This document shows, in pieces, positions 1 to 7,518 of a stretch of DNA of 31,710 nucleotides. Location of the stretch: positions 1 through 31,710 of the IMG/VR virus record IMGVR_UViG_3300044820_000072, one strand, 5' to 3'. A model generated the notes under the pieces. It made no database searches. It was not told where the DNA came from and saw only the letters and a program-made list of their open reading frames with translations. The position numbers were made by a program, and so were the translations under genes. This DNA is from a virus. Lineage: Duplodnaviria > Caudoviricetes. Each line of letters begins with the position of its first letter. Within the stretch, counting starts at the first letter, position 1.

Positions 1-28
1 CCCGACGGGGCAGCCACACTCGGATAAC

Positions 29-80
29 GCTCAGGGCATGGGGTTTAGGGTACTCCGGCCCGACAACCGGAGCCTTGAGC
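29..80 (+). ncRNA. Candidate C4/CI-like antisense or leader RNA
   Basis: Outer stem GCTCAGGGC(29-37)/GCCTTGAGC(72-80) encloses unpaired GGGGTTTAGGG and an inner hairpin TCCGG-CCCGACAA-CCGGA; lies just upstream of a terminator. Confidence 0.35.
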
Positions 81-103
81 AGAAATCGCCTCGCGACTAT
101 GTG

Positions 104-137
104 GAGAGCCTTCGGTAACACCCGGAGGCTTTTCTTG
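104..137 (+). terminator. Intrinsic terminator/attenuator before the HNH gene
   Basis: GAGAGCCTTCGG-TAACAC-CCGGAGGCTTTT hairpin running into TTTTCTTGT. Confidence 0.65.
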
Positions 138-138
138 T

Positions 139-660
139 ATGCAAAACGCCCCCAATAATTCGGATCTCTATAGGCAGGTCCGCGATGCGCTTGTCGAGCG
201 GACGGGCGCGTGGAGCGCGAACTCCGTCTATCTTGCGTCGATCGCTTTCGGCGTCCGAGGCAGACGCACGAACATGCTGCGCGAGATCAAAGAAGCCTGC
301 GGACAAAGCGGCTGCAAGCCTGGAAGGCGTCAAGGAGCATTGAGCCGGCGTGTCCGCCCGTCCGGTATCCGCCGTATTTTGAATAACACCGGGTTACGTA
401 CGAAGCGAGTTGGCCTTTCGCCATCAACTCGCTTCATTGTTTTAACTCGGGACAATTTCACTTTCCGTTACTGCGGTCGCAGATCTCCTGACGTAACTTT
501 GCACGTCGATCACGTTATCCCCGTAGTCGACGGAGGATCAAATCAAATACACAACCTCGTAACCGCGTGCGACATATGTAACCTCGGAAAAGGCAAGCTA
601 CGTATCTCTGCTATCTACAAGGACGGCCTCGAAACAGAGTCACGTAACCCTGTTAAATGA
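139..660 (+). CDS. HNH endonuclease
   Basis: RDNFTFRYCG...LHVDHVIPVVDGGSNQIHNLVTACDICNLGKG matches the HNH signature; stop overlaps next start (ATGA). Confidence 0.85.
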   Translation: MQNAPNNSDLYRQVRDALVERTGAWSANSVYLASIAFGVRGRRTNMLREIKEACGQSGCKPGRRQGALSRRVRPSGIRRILNNTGLRTKRVGLSPSTRFIVLTRDNFTFRYCGRRSPDVTLHVDHVIPVVDGGSNQIHNLVTACDICNLGKGKLRISAIYKDGLETESRNPVK

Positions 661-1316
661 ACCGAGACGCCAGGTTAAAAGCAGCGTATTACGGCGTCTT
701 AGCCATCCCGGAAGAGCCGACTCAACGCAATATCCAGGACATGCTGAAGCGGATGTACGGCAAGACGATTCAGACCAAGGACGTGATCGGTTTCCTGAAG
801 TCAGTAGCAAATCAGTTGCAGAGCAGTAGCGGCTCAGTAGCAAAGCTCCCTCGTAAAACGGACATTTCAGTAGCAAGCCAGGAGCAGGTCAGTAGCCCCT
901 CACACGCGCGCGTGGCTAAGGTATTAGAGTTAGAATATATTAGTTCGGAGACTAACGTCTCCTCACCGAAGCCGCGACAGCAGCGGTTGAGACTCGTTGA
1001 CGACAAGGAGCAACGAGCCCGTGAAATCCTCGAAGTCTTTTGGCCGATAGTTAAATCCGCTGTCGGTCCGACGTTAACCAAAGATACGTGGAAAAGTCAA
1101 AACAAGACAATGGCACGTAACTTCGCAGAGGTCGGTCGTTCTGACGCCGATCTCATCGTAGCTCACAAGAAAGCTACGGAGAGAATCGGGTCTTGCGTCT
1201 ACTCTCTGCGACTCGTAGCCGACGAGTTACTTCGGGTTCCTGGAAACGGAGCTACGAGGACTTCTCGGCCAACTCGAACCCCGCACTTCGCACTCGAAAG
1301 GGCGTATGCAGAATGA
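657..1316 (+). CDS. Putative replication initiator (lambda O-like organisation)
   Basis: Contains phased direct repeats and an AT-rich patch in a Ser-rich mid-linker; lies upstream of a DnaC-like ATPase. Confidence 0.65.
   Translation: MNRDARLKAAYYGVLAIPEEPTQRNIQDMLKRMYGKTIQTKDVIGFLKSVANQLQSSSGSVAKLPRKTDISVASQEQVSSPSHARVAKVLELEYISSETNVSSPKPRQQRLRLVDDKEQRAREILEVFWPIVKSAVGPTLTKDTWKSQNKTMARNFAEVGRSDADLIVAHKKATERIGSCVYSLRLVADELLRVPGNGATRTSRPTRTPHFALERAYAE
801..962. promoter_or_regulatory. Putative iteron-type replication origin
   Basis: TCAGTAGCAA-like units at 801, 812, 823, 834, 867, 878, 889; palindrome CACGCGCGCGTG 903-914; AT-rich 918-945; inverted repeat GGAGAC-TAAC-GTCTCC 947-962. Confidence 0.75.
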
Positions 1317-1717
1317 CTGACGACACCACCTCGGCCACCTCGGCCGAGCGCACCGATGAGCAATACGAGCGCACCTTGCGCCTTATCTACGGCCGCGCTG
1401 ATTGCGCGAACACCTCGGCCGGCTGGGCGGTCCGCGAGATCGACCGGCTTCGGGCAGAGAACGAGCGGCAGGCTAAGCTGATCGACTCATGCTCGACCGC
1501 GACGCTCGCGCGCGAGAAAGAGCGCTCCAAGATGCTGGAAGCTATCAACATCCTGCGGGCCGCGAGCGAAGGCTACGGGAAAATGAACGACGAGCGGCTG
1601 CAAGCCTTGGGCGAGATCGACCTGCTCAAGAGCGAGGTCGCGGCGCTGCGAAAGACCATCGCCCGCATCGCCGTCCATGCCCGCAGCATCATCGTCGAGG
1701 TCAGCGATGGCGTATAG
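1313..1717 (+). CDS. Hypothetical coiled-coil protein
   Basis: ATGA overlap with upstream stop; heptad-like EIDRLRAENE/EIDLLKSEVA segments. Confidence 0.75.
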   Translation: MTDDTTSATSAERTDEQYERTLRLIYGRADCANTSAGWAVREIDRLRAENERQAKLIDSCSTATLAREKERSKMLEAINILRAASEGYGKMNDERLQALGEIDLLKSEVAALRKTIARIAVHARSIIVEVSDGV

Positions 1718-2336
1718 CGGCGGCGGGACCGTGCGCTGGATCGGAAGCGACTTCCCGACGATGCCGCGCCGCTTCAAGGTCGACAAGGACAACGGGACCG
1801 CCTATGAGGCTGTGAAGCGCGCGATCGTGCGCGACCGGGGACTCGTGCTGCTCGGTCCGGTCGGCGCGGGAAAGACGGTCCTGGCAGCGGAGGCGGCCTT
1901 TTGGCTGGCCTCTCGGGCTGGGAAGATACGCTACCCGGTGCGCGCGCCGTGGATTGCGGAGCCGTGCTGGTGGACGCGAGCGATCGACTTCGTGCAGGAC
2001 GTTCGGCGCGGCTGGAAGCTCGACGGGCAATGGAAGGATTGGGGACCCGACTATTCGGCGGACGGGCTCGCCTCGCGCGTGCCTCGGCTATTCGTCGACG
2101 ACCTGGGCGCGGAGGTCGGCTTCGGTTCGCCGGCGCAGCGTGACGTCGCGCTCGAAGCGATCGTCGTTATGCTCACGGCGCGGCTCGAGGCTGGTCGCCC
2201 GACGTGGTTCACGAGCAACCTCGAGATGGCGGAGTTGCAGGGGATCTACGGCGAGCGGCTGGTGTCGCGCATCCGCGGCGCGTGCGACGTCGTTCGACTC
2301 TCCGGATCTGACCGCCGCCTTGGAGGGGCGAAGTGA
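1707..2336 (+). CDS. DnaC/IstB-like AAA+ helicase loader
   Basis: Walker A GPVGAGKT, Walker B LFVDDLG, TWFTSNL and YGERLVSRI motifs; GAGG RBS before ATG 1707. Confidence 0.88.
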   Translation: MAYSGGGTVRWIGSDFPTMPRRFKVDKDNGTAYEAVKRAIVRDRGLVLLGPVGAGKTVLAAEAAFWLASRAGKIRYPVRAPWIAEPCWWTRAIDFVQDVRRGWKLDGQWKDWGPDYSADGLASRVPRLFVDDLGAEVGFGSPAQRDVALEAIVVMLTARLEAGRPTWFTSNLEMAELQGIYGERLVSRIRGACDVVRLSGSDRRLGGAK

Positions 2337-2485
2337 CGAGGGCCGAGCTGGAGCAGCGCCTCTCGTGGCTCTGCTACTTTCGCTGGCTCAACGACCGCGC
2401 GGCTGACTTGGGCGCGGGACCAGGCGACGTCTATCAAGAACCACTAGGACCGGGATCGTCCTTTAGCGTCAACCTGGGAGAGTGA
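2333..2485 (+). CDS. Small hypothetical protein (50 aa, MTRAELEQRLSWLCYF...)
   Basis: Absent from the ORF track; GGAGG RBS, GTGA overlap with upstream stop, ends 1 nt before next start. Confidence 0.6.
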   Translation: MTRAELEQRLSWLCYFRWLNDRAADLGAGPGDVYQEPLGPGSSFSVNLGE

Positions 2486-2486
2486 A

Positions 2487-5312
2487 ATGACCCGGAAGCT
2501 CGGCGTAGCGCTCGTACTGCTCGCGCTCATGGTGGCGTGCCGGGAGCCCAGCCCCGCTCCCGCGCCGAGCGCTTCCCCCTCTGCTTCGGCAACGAAGCCC
2601 GTTGACCCGCCTCCTCCCAGCCCGCTCAACGGATTCCCGACCGGCGGCGCTCCTGGGACGCCGCGCAGCGATATCTCCGCGCCGCTGCAACCGCCGACGC
2701 CGGTCGATTACGTTCCTCCATCACCGACGCCGACGCCCACGTACACGCCGACTCCGACGCCGACGCCCGCGCCGACCGGACCGACGCCGACGCCGAGCCC
2801 GACGCCCACGGCATCACCGACGCCAAACCCAGCGACGATCTACGTCGTGCAGCACTATCTCGTGCAGTACCCAAGCCTCACGAATCTCTATAAGGCGCAG
2901 CTTCCGGCAGCGCCGACGCCGGGAAACCTGCTCCTCGCGTTCCAGACGAACCGATACGGTTACGCAAGCCCTGGAATAGCTCCGACCGGCTGGACGTCGC
3001 TCACGACCTACGGCGGCATCGTTGCCACGTTCTATGTCAGCTATCGCGTAGCGCAGGCGGGCGACGGAACGAACTACGACTTCATCGCTGGCACGGGACT
3101 TTCGCAGAACTACGGCAGCATCGAGCTCGTGGAAGTCGCAAATTGGGGCGGCAACCCGGCGAACATTGCATTCACGAACCCCGTGGCGCAGGGAACGGCT
3201 CCCTGGAATATCCCGGCGACGATCACCCCGACGCTGACCATCCCGGCGAGCGGAGGGATCTTGTTCTCGGCATTCGGCGCGTGGAACGCCTCTCAGACGT
3301 TGAGCGTCGCGGAGAGCCTGCCGGTTGGGCAGACGTCCTCGGTCGTGGATTCGAGCATGGGATCTGCCGGAACAACCATGCGGCTCTACGTGGCGAAGAT
3401 GACGACGGAACCGTACAGCGCTTCGCAGCCCTTCTCGGATGCGTTCACTCTGAGCGGAACGGGCAGCTTTTACTACAACGTCGCGGAGTTGACATGGGTT
3501 CCTGGGAACGGAGCAACGCCGAGCCCGACGCCGACCGCTTCGCCCACCCCGACGCCCACCCCGACGCCAGCGCCAACCCCGACGCCTTCTCCAACGCCGG
3601 TGAGCCCGTTCTACGTGAACGGCGGCTACTACGTCGACTTCAATTTGCCGACCAGCATCCCGCTCAAGATCGGCGTCTCCTACGAGAACGGGACCACGAG
3701 CGGATTCCTCGTCGCGCCCGCGGTCAACGACGTGCTCATCGCGTTCTGCGACACGAATATCACGGGCAAGTCCTGGACGCCGCCCGCCGGCTGGACGCAG
3801 CTCGAGAACGATATCGCGAACCCGTACACGACCTACGCGACGTTCGTGCACGTCGTCTCGGGAAGCGAATCGGGATCGTACACCTTCACGCCCACGGGCG
3901 GCACCGGGACCGATCGAGCGATGGCGTGCTTCATCGGCGACTTCGCGAACGCCTCGATCACGACGCCGGTCGATCAGATCGGCCACGTCGCCGTGAACGA
4001 TGGCGTCTCGCGCACGACCATGACTACCCCGAGCCTGCTGCCTCACCAGGCGACCGACCTTCCCGTGGCGTTCATCGACGGCGGCAAGGGAAACTACGCC
4101 GGAGCCTCGTGGACGAACCCTGGCGGCTGGACTCAGAAGCTCTACGAAAGCGCCTGGGGCATCGAGGTCGTGGTAGGGCCTGCGACGTCGACGACTGCTC
4201 TCTCGATGACCGCGAGCGTTCCCTCGCCGCTGACGCAGTTCCAAGCCTATGGCGGCCTCGTTCTGCTCACGCAAAAGACGGGATCGACCGGGCCGACGCC
4301 GACGCCATCGCCTAGCCCAACACCTTCGCCAACGCCTTCTCCGACGCCGACTCCCTCGCCGACGCCGACAGCAACGCCAACCGGAGGGGCTGACTCGCTG
4401 CCGTGGGTGTTCCACCAGCTCTTTAGCTCGAGCAGCCCGTTCCACCAGACGGTTGCGGCGCTGAAGTCCGCTGGGGCCGCGGTGCAGTCGCAAACGTACA
4501 TGACGAGCCTGTGGAACCAGGGGCGCGTGCAGTACGATTTCGGGCAGAGCTCGTCCGAGCCGATCTACGTCGCCTCGAGCGGCGATCCGGTCCGCACGAT
4601 CCATTGCACCGAGGCATGGGGAACGTGCGCCGGCGAGGGTTCGTCCATCCACGTTCCGAGCTACGCCATCCCGCAGAGCATTTCCGACGCCCACATCATC
4701 GTCATCGACCCGACGAACAACATCGAGTTCGACGGCTGGCAATGCAGCAACGGCTCGCAACTGCAATGCTCGTGGGGCGGCGCGTTCACCCTGGGAGGCA
4801 AGGGCATCCGCAACGACGGCTCGGACGCCGTGCATGCGGGATACGCGCTGGGAGTCTCGTTCATCACGCCGCAGGAGCTCCTGAACGGGCAGATCAATCA
4901 CGCGCTCGCGATGAACACGCAATGCCTCAACGACGCGACGATCTACCCGGCGGACCAGCATGCCTCCGGCAGCGATCAGACCTGCTCAGGGAGCCCGTCG
5001 ACGCCGCCGCACTACGGCAACCTCATGCACCTGCTCTGGACGCCGGCGCAGATCTCGGCGAGCGCTTACAGCCCGTATTGCAAGACGATCCTCACGGCAC
5101 TCGCGACCTACGGCGCGTATCTCTACGATACGGGGCACGGCGGGCTTGAGGTCGGTGCGATGAGCGGAGCGCCGTACACGACGCAGAGCCTCACGAATCC
5201 GTGGAACGCGATCCTGTCGACGATGAGCGTCTATGGCGACTCGGCGACGTGCCTCAATCGCCTGTCCTCGACGGACTTTGAACTCCTCCAAATCCCGAAC
5301 CTGGGCTACTAA
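2487..5312 (+). CDS. Large multi-domain lipoprotein with Pro/Thr linkers
   Basis: Basic-hydrophobic N-terminus ending in lipobox-like LMVAC; three PT/PS-repeat linkers separate three globular domains. Confidence 0.85.
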   Translation: MTRKLGVALVLLALMVACREPSPAPAPSASPSASATKPVDPPPPSPLNGFPTGGAPGTPRSDISAPLQPPTPVDYVPPSPTPTPTYTPTPTPTPAPTGPTPTPSPTPTASPTPNPATIYVVQHYLVQYPSLTNLYKAQLPAAPTPGNLLLAFQTNRYGYASPGIAPTGWTSLTTYGGIVATFYVSYRVAQAGDGTNYDFIAGTGLSQNYGSIELVEVANWGGNPANIAFTNPVAQGTAPWNIPATITPTLTIPASGGILFSAFGAWNASQTLSVAESLPVGQTSSVVDSSMGSAGTTMRLYVAKMTTEPYSASQPFSDAFTLSGTGSFYYNVAELTWVPGNGATPSPTPTASPTPTPTPTPAPTPTPSPTPVSPFYVNGGYYVDFNLPTSIPLKIGVSYENGTTSGFLVAPAVNDVLIAFCDTNITGKSWTPPAGWTQLENDIANPYTTYATFVHVVSGSESGSYTFTPTGGTGTDRAMACFIGDFANASITTPVDQIGHVAVNDGVSRTTMTTPSLLPHQATDLPVAFIDGGKGNYAGASWTNPGGWTQKLYESAWGIEVVVGPATSTTALSMTASVPSPLTQFQAYGGLVLLTQKTGSTGPTPTPSPSPTPSPTPSPTPTPSPTPTATPTGGADSLPWVFHQLFSSSSPFHQTVAALKSAGAAVQSQTYMTSLWNQGRVQYDFGQSSSEPIYVASSGDPVRTIHCTEAWGTCAGEGSSIHVPSYAIPQSISDAHIIVIDPTNNIEFDGWQCSNGSQLQCSWGGAFTLGGKGIRNDGSDAVHAGYALGVSFITPQELLNGQINHALAMNTQCLNDATIYPADQHASGSDQTCSGSPSTPPHYGNLMHLLWTPAQISASAYSPYCKTILTALATYGAYLYDTGHGGLEVGAMSGAPYTTQSLTNPWNAILSTMSVYGDSATCLNRLSSTDFELLQIPNLGY

Positions 5313-5313
5313 C

Positions 5314-5736
5314 GTGACCTTCAGCCTGAAGGACGTCGCTCACCTCGAGGCGCAGCTCGCCGCGGCACGCGGTCGAGATACAGAGCCAAAGACCGAGCAA
5401 GCCGTGCTCGCCAAGGCGCGCGTTGCTCCAGATGCCATGAACAAGACCGAGAGGGAGTACGGAGAGCGCCTAGAGACTCAGAAACGCGCTGGAAGCGTGG
5501 TTGCCTACGGCTACGAGTCGTGGACCCTGAAGCTCGGTCACGACCTGCGCTACACGCCGGACTTTTGGGTTGTCCGAGCAGACGGAACGATCGAATTGCA
5601 CGAGGTCAAGGGAGGATTCATTCGCGACGATAGCTCCGTGAAACTCAAAGCAGCAGCACGGGCGTTCCCATTCCTCATCTTCTTCCTGGCGCAGAAAAAG
5701 GACGGATCGTGGACAATTCGAGAGGTAAAGGCTTAA
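5314..5736 (+). CDS. DUF1064-like PD-(D/E)xK nuclease (possible resolvase)
   Basis: MNKTEREY...RYTPDF...IELHEVKG motif; start uncertain (GTG 5314 or a later ATG). Confidence 0.75.
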   Translation: MTFSLKDVAHLEAQLAAARGRDTEPKTEQAVLAKARVAPDAMNKTEREYGERLETQKRAGSVVAYGYESWTLKLGHDLRYTPDFWVVRADGTIELHEVKGGFIRDDSSVKLKAAARAFPFLIFFLAQKKDGSWTIREVKA

Positions 5737-5789
5737 AATAAGGCCCTAGAAGGTGCCTCTCGACCTCTAGGATGACCTGGGATACGTCC

Positions 5790-5822
5790 AAAGCAAGAAC
5801 CCCCGGCTTTCGCCAGGGGTTC
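5790..5822 (-). terminator. Intrinsic terminator of the leftward operon
   Basis: Minus strand GAACCCCTGGC-GAAA-GCCGGGGGTTC followed by TTGCTTT, just after the stop at 5826. Confidence 0.8.
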
Positions 5823-5825
5823 GTT

Positions 5826-6014
5826 CTAGGCAGACTTCGCTTTTCGCCTTCGCTCGACGCGCGCAGCGTTGCAAGGATGGCAGGTCGTCTTACCCTCGTC
5901 AGGAGTGCCTTTCTTCCCACCGCATTGGATGCACTTGCCAGCAGAGCGCCAAGACGCAACCGTCTTTGCACGCAGCGCTCGAAACGCCTCGCGCTGCAAG
6001 ATCCCCGGCATCAT
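5826..6014 (-). CDS. Small basic zinc-finger protein
   Basis: CIQC...CHPC pairs and Arg/Lys-rich tail; start overlaps upstream stop. Confidence 0.7.
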   Translation of the reverse strand: MMPGILQREAFRALRAKTVASWRSAGKCIQCGGKKGTPDEGKTTCHPCNAARVERRRKAKSA

Positions 6015-6205
6015 GCCTTCCAATTCTCAAAGCCGACGCGCACGACGTCAAACGCCTCGCGGTCAAATGCTGCGTCGAGGATCTGCTCGCTTTCGAGCGC
6101 CGCTTCCATGCCCTCGGCAAAGCCGATGCGGTAGCCCTGCCATGCCGTGAGAGCGCAGCCTCCGGCGACCATAGCTGCAACGGTAAGGAGCGATTCGAGG
6201 CCCAT
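6011..6205 (-). CDS. Small protein with N-terminal hydrophobic helix
   Basis: MGLESLLTVAAMVAGGCALTAW...; TAATG coupling with upstream gene. Confidence 0.7.
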   Translation of the reverse strand: MGLESLLTVAAMVAGGCALTAWQGYRIGFAEGMEAALESEQILDAAFDREAFDVVRVGFENWKA

Positions 6206-6462
6206 TAGTCGGCCACGCTGAGGGGTGCGGTGCATTTGCCTGCTGCGTTGAGCGGGTATCCGCAATGGGCGCACTCTGCATGGCCGTACTCGCTATCGTA
6301 GGCTGCAGCGATGGCCTTTGCTTCTTTGATTGGAGTCGCGCCGAGCGATTCGCCCGCGCCGAATAGCCAAGCGATGTATTCTCTGCCGAGCGGGTTCCAC
6401 TCGACGCGCGCGAAGGGTAGGATCTGTTCGAGACGGGCGTGGGTGGTAACGTTGTAGCGCAT
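6205..6462 (-). CDS. Small hypothetical protein with C-terminal Cys/His cluster
   Basis: GAAGGA RBS before ATG; HAECAHC...C; first gene after the promoter. Confidence 0.75.
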   Translation of the reverse strand: MRYNVTTHARLEQILPFARVEWNPLGREYIAWLFGAGESLGATPIKEAKAIAAAYDSEYGHAECAHCGYPLNAAGKCTAPLSVAD

Positions 6463-6504
6463 GTTCGTCCTTCCAAGAGAGAGAGGGAGCGAGAGCGCTT
6501 CCCC

Positions 6505-6525
6505 TGTCCTCTATGATACAGGACA
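6505..6525. promoter_or_regulatory. Palindromic operator-like site 1
   Basis: TGTCCT-CTATGATAC-AGGACA overlapping the -10 box. Confidence 0.7.
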
Positions 6526-6541
6526 CCCTAGAGCATTGCAA
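6513..6541 (-). promoter_or_regulatory. Sigma70-type leftward promoter
   Basis: Minus strand TTGCAA-17 nt-TATCAT about 50 nt upstream of the 6462 start. Confidence 0.75.
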
Positions 6542-6850
6542 TCCCGCAAGGGAAAATAGTCCGCACGACCAGGAGGAACTCTCCCCGCAGTCCGCTAAAG
6601 GAAGAAGCGAACAAGCGCCCCACCCGCGCGCAAGCGTGAATCCTCGCTCGGTGAGGGAAACCCCGGCAGTCGGAAGCAACCGACGAGGCACGACACCCGC
6701 CCCACAGGGGAACGAAGGACCGTGCTAGCCCGTGAACCTGGCAAACAGGGCGGGCGGGGGAGCCGTAAAGGCCACAACCGCGAAGCGGTAGGCCCACAGC
6801 GGAGTAGGGATCACCCTGCCCGCAGGCAGGAGCCGTAAGGAAGGCAAGCG
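6542..6850 (+). ncRNA. Candidate large structured RNA or ssDNA element
   Basis: About ten consecutive hairpins, mostly with purine-rich loops (GCAA, GAAA, GCAAA, GTAAA, GAA); no convincing ORF. Confidence 0.4.
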
Positions 6851-6861
6851 ATACCCAGCTC

Positions 6862-6882
6862 TGTCCTGTATCACACAGGACA
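6862..6882. promoter_or_regulatory. Palindromic operator-like site 2
   Basis: TGTCCT-GTATCACAC-AGGACA; 19/21 identical to the reverse complement of site 1. Confidence 0.7.
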
Positions 6883-7488
6883 ACGCACCTGGGACCCCAG
6901 CCAGACACGGCACCCAGCCACAACAGCACACCCGCCAGGACCTATAAGCCGAATTCACGGCGCCTGTGGTGACGCCCCCGCTCGTGGAACCGCCCAGCCT
7001 CGAGCGGTCCGGTCCGCTACAGGACAGGCGGGACGGCGAGCTCGACAGGTTCCTCCGCCCGCGCACGCGTGAGGCCGGAAAATCGGCGGAATCGCACGCC
7101 GGCGACCGCATCGGGCACCGAAACGGGGCGATCGACAGCGATCCGGGCACGTTTGGCGCACGCAAATCATGGTTTGCGTGCCTCGCGAGCGCGGGGCTGA
7201 CGAGCTCGGAGCTCCCTTCGATGCCGCCGCCTCGCCGGCCGCGGCCGCTTCCCGGTCGGCCCCCAGCGACCCGATGCGAACAACGGATGTTCCTCCTGGC
7301 CGTACTCATAATTTTTTTATGTTGTTGGTTGGTTTGCGGTTGTGCGGTCGTCGCTTGGGATGGTACGCTGGTGTTCCCGGGTGCAGGTATGTCCGGCCCG
7401 GGTGGTGGACCGCAGGCGTCGCAAGACGTCGGCCCGGCGAGCGCTCATCGAGAGGTGGGCGTTCTGCTTTTCTAGCGTGCGGTTCGGC

Positions 7489-7518
7489 TTGCGTTAGTGG
7501 GATGCTATGTTGTATGCT
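7489..7518 (+). promoter_or_regulatory. Possible rightward promoter
   Basis: TTGCGT-18 nt-TATGCT, plus extended -10-like TGCTATGTT at 7503-7511. Confidence 0.35.

Noticed and set aside
1707-2336. IstB-like ATPase as evidence of an IS21 element
   Set aside because: No IstA transposase or terminal inverted repeats; context is phage replication.
2720-2826. Tandem CCGACG repeats as a possible array or VNTR (also near 3520-3600 and 4293-4380)
   Set aside because: In-frame codons for Pro/Thr linkers; no spacers, so not CRISPR.
2814-4961. 715-aa minus-strand ORF, and similar long antisense ORFs at 11419, 13872, 25951 and 30745
   Set aside because: Arg/Val-rich shadow frames of GC-rich plus-strand genes; no motifs recognised.
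5745-5771. Hairpin CCTAGAAGGT...ACCTCTAGG after the nuclease gene
   Set aside because: Bulged stem with no U-tract; cannot be supported as a terminator.
7197-7215. CTGACGAG resembling a hammerhead ribozyme core
   Set aside because: No GAAA follows the putative stem II, so the core is incomplete.
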